A DNA stretch of 64,000 nt, from positions 16,399 through 80,398 of the forward strand of contig JADJWL010000006.1 of assembly GCA_016716385.1 (NCBI GenBank), read 5' to 3'. Source of the DNA: Bryobacterales bacterium. GTDB lineage: Bacteria > Acidobacteriota > Terriglobia > Bryobacterales > Bryobacteraceae. Of this stretch, positions 50,856 to 60,027 are shown one piece after another (the stretch's first letter is position 1; every line of letters begins with the position of its first letter). The notes below the pieces were generated by a model. That model ran no database searches, was not told the DNA's origin, and worked only from the letters and a program-made list of their open reading frames with translations. Both the position numbers and the translations under genes were made by a program.

Positions 50856-52511
50856 ATGACGAGCTGGGGAATCGCAGCCCTCTGCCTGGCGCTGCCGGCG
50901 CTGGCCCTGGATGCCGACCTGATCGTGATCAACGCCGCTGTCCGCACGATGGATCCTGCGCGGCCTCGCGCGGAGGCGATCGCTGTCCGGGCCGGCCGGA
51001 TTGCGGCGGCAGGGACGAACGCGGAAATCCGCGCGCACGCCGGTCCCGCCACCAGGATCGTGGATGCCGGCGGCCGTCTGGTGCTGCCGGGGTTCAACGA
51101 TGCCCACGTGCACTTCCTTTCCGGCGGGTTCCAACTTTCTAACGTCGATCTGCGCGACGCAGACACGCCGGAGGAATTCAGCCGGCGGATCGGGGCCTTC
51201 GCGGCCAGGTTGCCTTCGGGCCGCTGGATCCTCGGCGGCAACTGGGATCACGAGAACTGGCCAGGATCTCCGCTGCCGACGAAGGAAATGGTCGACCGGG
51301 TCGCCAGCAACCATCCCGTCTGGATCCGGCGCCTCGACGGCCACATGGCGCTTGCCGGCAGCAGCGTGCTGCGACTCGCCGGGATCACTCGCGACACGCC
51401 CGATCCTCCCGGCGGATTGATTGTTCGCGACCCCGGCGGCGAGCCGACCGGCGTGCTCAAAGACGCGGCGATGGACATGGTCTCGCGCATTGTGCCGGAG
51501 GCCACCTGGGAGGAGAAACTCGCCGCCGCCCGCGCCGCCACGGATTACGCCGCCAGCCTGGGCGTCACCAGCGTGCACGATCTGTCGGCGGGGACGGATG
51601 TCGGCGTCTACCAGGAACTGCTGGTCCGCGGCGAGTTGAAGACACGGATCTATGCGGTCTCGCCGCTCCCGGCTTGGGAGAGGCTCGCGCGTACTGGATT
51701 GCGCGCGCCATTTGGCGCGCCCATGCTGCGCGTCGGCGGCCTAAAGGGCTTCTCCGACGGCAGCCTGGGCTCGACCACGGCGCTGTTCTTCGACCAGTAT
51801 CTGGACGAGCCGGGCAGCCGCGGCCTGCCATCCGACCAGATGCTGCCGGAGGGCGCGATGCTGAAACGCGTTGTCGGAGCGGACCGCGCCGGACTGCACG
51901 TGATGATCCACGCCATCGGAGACCGTGCGAACCACGAGGTGCTCTCGATCTACGAGCAGGCCGCCAGGGAGAACGGGCCGCGCGACCGCCGCTTCCGCAT
52001 CGAGCACGCGCAGCATGTGCGCCGCCGCGACCTTCCGCGGTTTGCCAACGGCGGCGTCGTGGCCAGTGTGCAGCCGTACCACATCATCGACGACGGGCGT
52101 TGGGCGGAGAAGCGCATTGGCGCGGAACGCGCGCGCACCACCTATCCTTTCCGGCAATTCCTCGACCTTGGTGTGCGGCTGGCCTTCGGGTCGGACTGGA
52201 CCGTGGCGCCGCTGAATCCGCTGTTGGGCATCTATGCCGCCGTGACCCGCCGCACGCTCGACGGCAAGCGTCCTGACGGCTGGGTGCCGGAGGAGAAGAT
52301 CTCGCTGAGCGAGGCCCTCCACGCCTACACTGCCGGATCGGCGTACGCCGAGTTCGCCGAAAAAGAAAAAGGGACGCTTGCGCCCGGCAAACTGGCCGAC
52401 CTCGTCATCCTATCCGAGGATCTCTTCGTGATCCCACCCGAGCGGATCGATGGAGTCCGCGTTCTGTTGACGATGGTGGGCGGAGAGATCGTGTTCCGGG
52501 ACGGACTCTAG
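50856..52511 (+). CDS. exported amidohydrolase (Amidohydro_3 / YtcJ-like metal-dependent hydrolase)
   Basis: Signal peptide, then '[15 protein letters not shown]', '[12 protein letters not shown]', 'RIEHAQH' and 'AFGSDW'. Confidence 0.85.
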   Translation: MTSWGIAALCLALPALALDADLIVINAAVRTMDPARPRAEAIAVRAGRIAAAGTNAEIRAHAGPATRIVDAGGRLVLPGFNDAHVHFLSGGFQLSNVDLRDADTPEEFSRRIGAFAARLPSGRWILGGNWDHENWPGSPLPTKEMVDRVASNHPVWIRRLDGHMALAGSSVLRLAGITRDTPDPPGGLIVRDPGGEPTGVLKDAAMDMVSRIVPEATWEEKLAAARAATDYAASLGVTSVHDLSAGTDVGVYQELLVRGELKTRIYAVSPLPAWERLARTGLRAPFGAPMLRVGGLKGFSDGSLGSTTALFFDQYLDEPGSRGLPSDQMLPEGAMLKRVVGADRAGLHVMIHAIGDRANHEVLSIYEQAARENGPRDRRFRIEHAQHVRRRDLPRFANGGVVASVQPYHIIDDGRWAEKRIGAERARTTYPFRQFLDLGVRLAFGSDWTVAPLNPLLGIYAAVTRRTLDGKRPDGWVPEEKISLSEALHAYTAGSAYAEFAEKEKGTLAPGKLADLVILSEDLFVIPPERIDGVRVLLTMVGGEIVFRDGL

Positions 52512-52536
52512 TAGAATTGGGGTCTTTCCCGGACCC

Positions 52537-52860
52537 ATGCTGGTTGGCTTGCTTGCTATCGATCCGACGCGTCTGCACCTGTACTGGGAAGGAGCGCATG
52601 CGGAGCTGACATTCCGTCTGCGCAGTGGAACGGAGTGCGTCGCGGAGAAAAACGGTCTGCCGGGATCGGGAAACTTCTATCTGGAAGGACTGGAGCCTGG
52701 GACAAGATACCGGGCCGACTTCTACTCCGGAGGCAGGCTCCGTGCGCGATCGAACGCAGTGGAACTGCCGCCCGCGGGGGCGCGTCCCCGGAAAGCGCCC
52801 GCAGGGACTATGCTGGACGCATGGAATCCGCCCGCCTCGCCCTCTTCTTCGTGGCCGTAA
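52537..52860 (+). CDS. small hypothetical protein (DUF4912-like N-terminal 'DPxxLxLYWE' motif)
   Basis: 'LLAIDPTRLHLYWE' and 'LEPGTRYRADF' look protein-like. However, the C-terminal third is low-complexity and overlaps the next gene by 40 nt. Confidence 0.35.
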   Translation: MLVGLLAIDPTRLHLYWEGAHAELTFRLRSGTECVAEKNGLPGSGNFYLEGLEPGTRYRADFYSGGRLRARSNAVELPPAGARPRKAPAGTMLDAWNPPASPSSSWP

Positions 52861-53927
52861 CCTTGACAGCGCAAACCCCGGCGCCCCAGCGCAAGTTCGG
52901 CGTCCAGGTACAGCCCGGCCCGATGGATTCGATCCTGCTCAAAGACTATGCGCCGGCGTCCTCGCTGGTGGTTCCCGAGACCCAGGTTGACAAGGCGCGC
53001 TTTCCGGTGATCGATGTCCACACGCACACCTTCCAGGCGGACATTCGCACGCCGCAGGACGTCGCCGCGTGGGTGAAGACGATGGACGAAGTGGGCATCG
53101 AAACCTCGATCGTCTTCACCGGTGCGACTGGCGAGGCCTTCGACCGCCAGGTCGAGCTCTATAAGCCTTTCGGCAAGCGCTTTCAGCTCTGGTGCTCGTT
53201 TGACTCGAGCAACATCGATGCGCCGGACTATAGCGAGCGTGCCGCGAAGGAGTTGGAGCGCTGCTTCCGGGCCGGTGCCCGCGGCGTCGGCGAACTCACG
53301 GACAAAGGCTCCGGCATGCAGCGCGGCAGCCTGCCGCCCGGCAAACGACTGCACCCGGACGATCCGCGTCTCGACGCGCTCTGGCGGAAGTGTGCGGAGT
53401 TGAATCTGCCGGTGAACCTGCACATCGCCGATCATCCTTCCTGTTGGAAACCGCTCGGACCGGACCAGGAACGCACGCCCGACTTCCAGCACTTCAATCT
53501 TCACGGGAAGGATGTGCTGTCCTACGAGGAGTTGATCGAACGCCGCAACCGGATGCTGGAGAAGCATCCGAAGACGACGTTCATCGCCTGCCACCTGAGT
53601 AATCAAGGCCACGACCTGGCGGCGCTCGCGCAATCGCTCGACCGGTATCCGAACCTCTTCGTCGATATCTCCGCGCGCGACTATGAAGTGGGCCGCCAGC
53701 CGAGGAATGCGGCGAAGTTTCTCAGCCGCTACAAGGACCGCGTGCTGTTCGGCACGGACATGGGGCGCGCCCCGAGCATGTACCGCGGCTGGTGGCGGCT
53801 GCTCGAGACTGCAGACGAATACATGCCGGGCCGCATCTGGTGGATGTACTATGGTTTGGAACTGCCGCCGGACGTGCTGCGGAGCTTGTACCGCGAGAAC
53901 GCACGCCGCTTGCTCAACTGGAATTGA
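52821..53927 (+). CDS. exported amidohydrolase (Amidohydro_2, TIM-barrel metal hydrolase)
   Basis: Start at MESARLALFFVAVTLTAQ (signal), then 'FPVIDVHTHTF', 'LPVNLHIADH' and 'VLFGTDM'. Confidence 0.8.
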   Translation: MESARLALFFVAVTLTAQTPAPQRKFGVQVQPGPMDSILLKDYAPASSLVVPETQVDKARFPVIDVHTHTFQADIRTPQDVAAWVKTMDEVGIETSIVFTGATGEAFDRQVELYKPFGKRFQLWCSFDSSNIDAPDYSERAAKELERCFRAGARGVGELTDKGSGMQRGSLPPGKRLHPDDPRLDALWRKCAELNLPVNLHIADHPSCWKPLGPDQERTPDFQHFNLHGKDVLSYEELIERRNRMLEKHPKTTFIACHLSNQGHDLAALAQSLDRYPNLFVDISARDYEVGRQPRNAAKFLSRYKDRVLFGTDMGRAPSMYRGWWRLLETADEYMPGRIWWMYYGLELPPDVLRSLYRENARRLLNWN

Positions 53928-53942
53928 ATCGCAGAAGAGGAG

Positions 53943-55238
53943 TTGTCAACGATGAGCACCATTTCCCGCCGTTCTTTCTTTCAAGGAGCCACCGCCGCCC
54001 TGGCCGCGACGCAGGTGGTGGGCGCCAACGATCGCATCCAACTTGGACTGATCGGCATCGGGGGCCGGGGCATGGCGCACCTGGGCACCCTCGTCACCTT
54101 GCAGGAGACGCGCGTGGCCGGCCTGTGCGACGTCAACCAGGCGGCGCGCGAACGCGCCCAGGCGCGCCTGCAGAAGGAAACGTCGACCAAGGCGAAGGAA
54201 TACTCGGACATGCGCGAGATGTTCGCCGACAAGAGCATCGACGCGGTGTCGATCGTCACGCCGAACCACTGGCACGCGCTCGCCACCATCTGGGCGTGCG
54301 AGGCGGGCAAGGACGTGTACGTCGAGAAACCGGCCAGCCACAATGTTTATGAAGGCTGGCGCATGATCGAAGTCGCGCGGAAGACGAACCGCATGGTGCA
54401 GGTCGGCTCGCAGAGCCGCTCGGTGCCGCACGTGCAGCGCGCGATGCAGGTGCTGCGCGACGGTACGATCGGCGAGGTCTACCAGGCGAAGGGGCTGTGC
54501 TTCAAGCGGCGCAAGACGATCGGCAAGGCGCCCGCCGAACCCGTGCCGCCGGGTCTCGACTGGGACGCCTTCCTCGGCCCGGCGCCGATGCGCCCGTTCA
54601 CCAAGAACCGCTTCGCTTACAACTGGCACTGGTTCTGGGATACCGGCAACGGCGATCTCGGCAACCAGGGCGTGCACCAGGTCGACATCTGCCGCTGGGG
54701 TCTGGGCGAAGTGATGTTCCCGCTCTCGTTCGTCTCGACGGGCGGCAAGTACATCTACGATGACGACCAGGAGACGCCGAACACGCAACTCGCGCACTAC
54801 GATTACGGCGGGCGCGAGATCGTCTTCGAGGTCCGTGGGCTGGTGACCGGGCCGGAGGCGGGCTTGCCGGTGAAGCCCGGGAACACCGTGGGCAACCTGT
54901 TCCTCGCCGCCGACGGCTGGATGTGGCTCGACGGCAGCGGGTTCACCGTCTACAAGGGCGAGTCCAACGAGAAGATCATGGAGGAGAAAGTCCAAGGACG
55001 CGACAACTCCACCGGTCTCCACATGCAGAACTTCTTCGCCGCCTGCCGCAGCCGCGACCACCGCAAGCTGAACGCCGATATCGAAATCGGTGCGATGTCC
55101 GCCGCGCTGTGCCACCTCGCGAACATCGGCTACCGCGTGGGCCGCAAGCTCTACTGGGACGCCGCCAGCCGCAACTTTGGCGATCCGCAGGCGAACCAGT
55201 TGATCACGCGCAACTACCGCAGACCGTACGTTGTCTGA
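53943..55238 (+). CDS. Gfo/Idh/MocA-family oxidoreductase with twin-arginine signal
   Basis: 'SRRSFFQGATAALAA' Tat motif, Rossmann 'LGLIGIGGRG' and 'EKPASHN'. Confidence 0.85.
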   Translation: MSTMSTISRRSFFQGATAALAATQVVGANDRIQLGLIGIGGRGMAHLGTLVTLQETRVAGLCDVNQAARERAQARLQKETSTKAKEYSDMREMFADKSIDAVSIVTPNHWHALATIWACEAGKDVYVEKPASHNVYEGWRMIEVARKTNRMVQVGSQSRSVPHVQRAMQVLRDGTIGEVYQAKGLCFKRRKTIGKAPAEPVPPGLDWDAFLGPAPMRPFTKNRFAYNWHWFWDTGNGDLGNQGVHQVDICRWGLGEVMFPLSFVSTGGKYIYDDDQETPNTQLAHYDYGGREIVFEVRGLVTGPEAGLPVKPGNTVGNLFLAADGWMWLDGSGFTVYKGESNEKIMEEKVQGRDNSTGLHMQNFFAACRSRDHRKLNADIEIGAMSAALCHLANIGYRVGRKLYWDAASRNFGDPQANQLITRNYRRPYVV

Positions 55239-56350
55239 GCAGTATCGCGGGCGATCACAAGTTCTTCCTGCGTGGGAATCACGCGGACTTCCACCGGGGA
55301 ATCGGGGCGCGAGATCAGCGCCTCGGTGCCCGCGGCGGCACGGTTCGCGTCTGGATCGAGCCGGATGCCAAGTGCATCCAACCCACCGCAAATGCCTTCG
55401 CGAATGCCGGCGGCGTTTTCGCCGATGCCGCCTGTGAACACGACGCCGTCCGCGCCATTGAGCGCCGCCAGGTACGCGCCGATATACTTGCGGGCCCGGT
55501 AGCAGAACATCGCGACGGCGAGGCGCGCCCCGGCGTGACCCGCGTCCGCAGCTTGGCACAACGTGCGCATGTCGTTCGACAGCCCCGAGACGCCGGCGAG
55601 GCCGCTCTCGCGGTTGAGCAGCGCATCGACGGCGTCGGGCTGCATCCCGCAATCGCGGATCAAGTAGAGTACGACGGCCGGATCGAGGTCGCCGCTGCGC
55701 GTTCCCATCACGAGTCCTTCGAGCGGCGTGAATCCCATCGATGTGTCGATGCTGCGTCCGCGGTCGACCGCCGTGACCGACGCTCCGTTGCCGAGGTGGC
55801 AGGTGATCAGCCGGAACTCCTCGGGCGCCCCGCCGCGCAGTGCGGCGTAGCGGCCGGTGACGTAACGGTGCGACGTGCCGTGAAAACCGTAGCGCCGGAT
55901 GCCGTGATCGTCGTGATAGCGCGGTGGGATCGCGTAGAGGTGATGTTCGGGCGGAATCGTCGCGTGGAACGCGGTGTCGAAGACGGCCACGTTCGGGCGT
56001 CCGGGCAGCAGCCTGCGCGCCGCCGCGTAGCCCTTCAGATGATGCGGCATGTGGAGGGGCGCCAGCGGAATCAGCGTCCGGATCTCCGCCTCGACTGCGT
56101 CGTCGATGACGACCGCCTCGCGGAAGCGCTCTCCGCCATGCACGAAGCGATGTCCCACGGCGCGAACGTCAGCCTGGCACTGGAGCGTATCCAGGGCCGC
56201 GAGAAACGCGTCTTCGTGGCTGCTGTAGTCCGCGCCGGGCTCGCCGATCCGTTCGGCCGAAGCGCGTCCCACAATCCGGCCCGCGCCGGACGTGTCGGCC
56301 AGTGCGGTTTTCAACGAAGAACTGCCGCTGTTGAGGACGAGGACGATCAC
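55214..56350 (-). CDS. ackA: acetate (propionate) kinase
   Basis: 'IVLVLNSGSSSLK', 'AVGHRFVHGG', 'VFDTAFH', 'YGFHGTSH', 'CHLGNGASV' and 'FTGGIGEN'. Start set at GTG 56350, which overlaps the upstream stop as GTGA; the longer ORF to 56725 lies in the upstream gene. Confidence 0.9.
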   Translation of the reverse strand: MIVLVLNSGSSSLKTALADTSGAGRIVGRASAERIGEPGADYSSHEDAFLAALDTLQCQADVRAVGHRFVHGGERFREAVVIDDAVEAEIRTLIPLAPLHMPHHLKGYAAARRLLPGRPNVAVFDTAFHATIPPEHHLYAIPPRYHDDHGIRRYGFHGTSHRYVTGRYAALRGGAPEEFRLITCHLGNGASVTAVDRGRSIDTSMGFTPLEGLVMGTRSGDLDPAVVLYLIRDCGMQPDAVDALLNRESGLAGVSGLSNDMRTLCQAADAGHAGARLAVAMFCYRARKYIGAYLAALNGADGVVFTGGIGENAAGIREGICGGLDALGIRLDPDANRAAAGTEALISRPDSPVEVRVIPTQEELVIARDTAQTTYGLR

Positions 56351-57432
56351 TGGCGCTCGACACGTAGCGGATTCCGGAGCCGCTTCTCCCAGCCGAGAAA
56401 TTCCGCCAGCGGATTGTCCCGCTGCGCGCGGAAGAGCACGTAGGCCACCTTCTCTTCGTAGCGCTCGCCGGGCTCCAGCAGCGTGGGCGTGCGGCTGATG
56501 AGATGGCGGTCCCAGTACCGGCCGTTGTTGGCGCCGTCGTTGATGCTGGTGTGCGCGTTGACGGTTTTCGTGGCGACGTAGTGCAGATTCACGGCGCCGT
56601 ATCCGTAGCCTTTGTCGAGGTTCAGAAAGCAGACCCAGGGCGTGTCCGGCGGAATCGGCTCCTTCTCGAGGATGGCGTGCCGCTCTTCGAGACCTACGAG
56701 TCGGGGTTCGGGACTGCCGGGCCATGCAACGTGGGTAAACGCCGCGTCCATCGTCATCTCCTGGTTGCGGAGCCAGAACATCTCGATCGGCGCGACGATC
56801 TCCATCTTCGACTCGAAGAGGAAATACGGCGCTTGGGCATAGAACGTGTAGGTGGCGTCCATCTTCACTTCCGGGTAGGCCGCGTGGTGCCCGGAACGGT
56901 GGAGGACATACGTGGCGGCTTCCTGGGTATGGGTGAACTCCTGGACTGGGTGCCAGGTGCCGATGCTCGAATACCCATTCGCGCCAACCCTCTGAAAGCT
57001 TGGGGCCCAGTGCATCCGGTTCTGGGTGCGGAGAAACGTCACGTCGAAGGGCTTGTACGTGAGTGCGCGCAACGTGCCGCTGTCTTCCTCCGCTTCCCGA
57101 ACCACCCGCTTCGAGAGGTTCGCGACGAACACGCCGTTTTCGACGACAGAACCGACCGGGTCGGTGCGCTCGACGCGCAGCATGTCCTGAGGCGCGGCCT
57201 CAGCCGCGCTGACGGTGCGCGACTCGCCCGCGCGAACACTGACAAACAGGGTTTGTCCCTCGACGGGAACGGGCTCAAACTCGCGGTCGATCCCCGCGGT
57301 TTCGGTGATCTTGAACTTCGGCTGGCCGCATGCGACGGTCACGGCCGCAATCACGATGAGGCAACACAGATTCGTCAGGCGCACACTGCTTGCGATTGTA
57401 CCCGATGGTGCGAGCGGACCATCCGGCAACAC
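56347..57432 (-). CDS. hypothetical lipoprotein
   Basis: Lipobox 'IAAVTVACGQ', then a roughly 330-aa globular region with no motif I recognise. It is tightly coupled to both neighbouring genes. Confidence 0.6.
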   Translation of the reverse strand: MLPDGPLAPSGTIASSVRLTNLCCLIVIAAVTVACGQPKFKITETAGIDREFEPVPVEGQTLFVSVRAGESRTVSAAEAAPQDMLRVERTDPVGSVVENGVFVANLSKRVVREAEEDSGTLRALTYKPFDVTFLRTQNRMHWAPSFQRVGANGYSSIGTWHPVQEFTHTQEAATYVLHRSGHHAAYPEVKMDATYTFYAQAPYFLFESKMEIVAPIEMFWLRNQEMTMDAAFTHVAWPGSPEPRLVGLEERHAILEKEPIPPDTPWVCFLNLDKGYGYGAVNLHYVATKTVNAHTSINDGANNGRYWDRHLISRTPTLLEPGERYEEKVAYVLFRAQRDNPLAEFLGWEKRLRNPLRVERQ

Positions 57433-58770
57433 TCAGAAACGCCGTTTCGGTTTCGGCGGCGGTGGAACCGCTCCGAAGTACAGGACAACATCGACCTTTT
57501 TCTCCGCTTCGTTGATCTTCAACTCCGCGCTGGTTTTGCCCAGGGCTTCGAAGATGCCGTCTTCCTGGACGCGGCTCAGGAAGAAGTCCGGGTAGTCGGC
57601 GTTGAACGGCTGTCCCGGCTTCGGAAGCCATAACTTCTTGATCGCTGCCTCGCCGTTGATGTCGAGCCCGACGATCTCCAGTTTTCCGAAATCGAAGCGG
57701 TCGCCAGATTCGAGCACGACCGTCAAGTCGACCGTCAGTTTCTCCGCGTCGAGCTTCCGCTGGATGTCGAGCTTCGCGTTCATGTAGCCGGAGCGGCGCA
57801 ACGCGCGGCGCATCCGCTCGACCCCGGCGGCGGCTTCCTCCATGTTTGCCGTCTCGCCGGATTGGAAGCGTCCTTCGCGCAGCAGATCCGCGGGCGCCAC
57901 GGGCGAGAAGCCGTCCAGCGCGACGTCGCCGAGCGTGAACGGCTCGCCCTCCGCGACGCGCACGTGCACGATCACACCGCGCACGCCGTCCTTGGCCGGT
58001 TCAGCGCGCAGATCCTCGAAGCGAACGTCGAGGTAGCCCAGTTTCTCGTAGTGCGGCCGGACGCCGCGGTCCAGCCGCTGCCGGAACAGCGGCTCCCGGA
58101 ACGGCGATCCGTAGGCGATGCCGGCGAACAGGTCGAGCAGCTTCTCGTTCGAGAGCACGCGGCTCCCCTCGAACACGATTTCCGCGACGGCCGGATCGCC
58201 CGCAGCGGAGCGGAAAAGGATCTCCAGTTCGTCCGGCCGCTCCGCCACGACGCGCGCCACAATCTTTCCGGGTGCTCCTTTGCTTTCCAGGAACTCTTCT
58301 ACCGAGGCCGTGTACCGTTTCAGGAGGACATCGGTCGCTGGGATCTCGTTGTCGAACAGGGGGTGTCGTGCGCGGATCCATGCGACCAGTTCCTCCTCTT
58401 CGACGCCGAGGGGGTCGAAGCGCACGGGGTAGGCCGGCTCCGCCTCCTGCACCTCGAAGACGACCTTGTATCCGCGGCCGTCCGCCGAGGGCTCGTAGCG
58501 GTATCCCACTTGCTCGAAGTGGCCGGTGGCGAGCAGACGATCGCGGGCCGCGTCAAACGCTGCCTTCTCCCCGGGGTCGCCCCTCTTGAGGCCCGCCGCC
58601 GCGATGATGCGGTCCGCCGGATACCGTTTGTTGTCTTCGACGGCGATCTCAACGATGGGAAACTGCGCCGGTCCGGCGGCGGGCCGCGGTTTCGGGCGCG
58701 CCGGACGCCTCTGGGCATCCGCTGCCGCGGGCATGAGCAGGAGAACAGCCACCAACCAGACCATCATCAC
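57433..58770 (-). CDS. exported POTRA-repeat protein (BamA/TamA-like periplasmic module) without a beta-barrel
   Basis: Signal peptide, then about four or five POTRA-like units (e.g. 'IVEIAVEDNKRYPADRIIAAAGLKRGD...LLATGHFEQVGYRY', 'VAEIVFEGSRVLSNEKLLDLF', 'FGKLEIVGLDINGEAAIKKL'). The protein ends after 445 aa with a Pro/Lys tail. Confidence 0.7.
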   Translation of the reverse strand: MMMVWLVAVLLLMPAAADAQRRPARPKPRPAAGPAQFPIVEIAVEDNKRYPADRIIAAAGLKRGDPGEKAAFDAARDRLLATGHFEQVGYRYEPSADGRGYKVVFEVQEAEPAYPVRFDPLGVEEEELVAWIRARHPLFDNEIPATDVLLKRYTASVEEFLESKGAPGKIVARVVAERPDELEILFRSAAGDPAVAEIVFEGSRVLSNEKLLDLFAGIAYGSPFREPLFRQRLDRGVRPHYEKLGYLDVRFEDLRAEPAKDGVRGVIVHVRVAEGEPFTLGDVALDGFSPVAPADLLREGRFQSGETANMEEAAAGVERMRRALRRSGYMNAKLDIQRKLDAEKLTVDLTVVLESGDRFDFGKLEIVGLDINGEAAIKKLWLPKPGQPFNADYPDFFLSRVQEDGIFEALGKTSAELKINEAEKKVDVVLYFGAVPPPPKPKRRF

Positions 58771-58806
58771 GACAGACTCCTTTCCGCGTCCAAGGGTTAC
58801 GCGTCC

Positions 58807-60027
58807 TCAAATGACGTCGGCAAAACTGCGCCGCAACTTATGGAACCAGGCGTAGCCGCCGAGAAATGCCACGGCCGCCATCCCCCAGAGCTTGGCCAGC
58901 GCCACGGGATCGGGCATGCGCGCTTCCAGCAGGACATCGCGGTAGCCGCGCACCAGGATGTAGATCGGGCTCTGTGACAGCACAGGCAAGGCGGCTGGAG
59001 GCAGCGACGCCTCGGGGTAGCAGATCGGCGTGAGGAAGAACCAGAGGGTGAGCAGAAGTCCGATCATTTGCCCGAGGTCGCGCGCAAAGACGCCCAGCGC
59101 GCTCAGGAACCAGCACAGGCCGACCGTAAACGCTGCCTGCGGGATGAGCAAGACAGGCAGCCAGAGCGCTGTCATGGGGACGGCGCCCCGCAGGTAGAAC
59201 AGGGCCAGCATCAGCAGTGCCAGGGCTACCGCGCCGGTGAACAAGCCTGCGACCGTGAGGTTGGCGGGCAGGGTCTCGACAGGAAACACCAGCTTCTTGA
59301 CGAAATTGCGGTGCTCCAGAAGCACCGACGGCGCGCGTCCGGCGGCCTCGCTGAACGGCAGCCAGGGCAGCATCCCGGTGAGGAAATACAGCGCGAACCC
59401 GGTGCGGCTCGTATCCCCCGCGAACCGCGCTTCCAACACGACGCCGAAGACGAAGAAGTACGTCAGCATCAGAAGCAGCGGCCAGAGCACGGTCCACAGG
59501 CTGCCGCCGAGCGACCCGCGGTAGCGGCTCACCACGTCGCGCCGGGCCATCGTGCGGATCAGGCTGCGGTGAGTCCAGAGGGTGGCGAACGGCAGCGTCA
59601 AGGCGCGCCCGAGCGAGCCCAGGATGCGCTCGGCGGCGAGACGCCACGGCTGCATCACATATGACCGCAGCACGCGGACCGCACCGTCGCAGACGTCGAA
59701 ATCGGCCATCAGGAACGGCGCGCCGCGCTCGTGAAACCACGCCACGCCCTCGCGCAGCGGACCCGAGATCAGGCGGTAGCGGCCGTCCCCTGGCGGCACC
59801 ACGCCTCGGAGCGAGACGTTCGCGCGGCCGCCGGGAGCGACGGCGCCGACGACCGGCAGATGGATCCCATCCTCCACGAGCATGCCGGTCTCACGGTCGA
59901 AGATCTGTAAGCCGAAGGCGTAGCCCTCCTCGGGACTCCATGTCTCGCGGGAGCGGTTCTCGGCGGTGAACGCCGCTTCCACGGCGCCATCGGACACCGC
60001 CACGCGCGCATCGCGGAAGCCGATCAT
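58807..60027 (-). CDS. ABC-2-type (Wzm/TagG-like) polysaccharide-export permease with ~125-aa N-terminal extra domain
   Basis: 'RDVVSRYRGSLGGSLWTVLWPLLLM' ABC-2 signature and six TM segments. The N-terminal beta-rich domain is in the same ORF, and the start overlaps the uvrC stop. Confidence 0.8.
   Translation of the reverse strand: MIGFRDARVAVSDGAVEAAFTAENRSRETWSPEEGYAFGLQIFDRETGMLVEDGIHLPVVGAVAPGGRANVSLRGVVPPGDGRYRLISGPLREGVAWFHERGAPFLMADFDVCDGAVRVLRSYVMQPWRLAAERILGSLGRALTLPFATLWTHRSLIRTMARRDVVSRYRGSLGGSLWTVLWPLLLMLTYFFVFGVVLEARFAGDTSRTGFALYFLTGMLPWLPFSEAAGRAPSVLLEHRNFVKKLVFPVETLPANLTVAGLFTGAVALALLMLALFYLRGAVPMTALWLPVLLIPQAAFTVGLCWFLSALGVFARDLGQMIGLLLTLWFFLTPICYPEASLPPAALPVLSQSPIYILVRGYRDVLLEARMPDPVALAKLWGMAAVAFLGGYAWFHKLRRSFADVI

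Noticed and set aside
53946-55652. 568-aa minus-strand ORF, and the 506-aa plus-strand ORF at 54923-56443
   Set aside because: They are antisense to the Gfo/Idh/MocA oxidoreductase and to ackA respectively. Their composition is Arg/Ala/Gly-biased with no motifs.
56351-56725. N-terminal extension of the acetate kinase ORF (503 aa version)
   Set aside because: The extension is Arg-rich low-complexity sequence overlapping the upstream lipoprotein gene. The kinase motif 'IVLVLNSGSSSLK' starts at GTG 56350.
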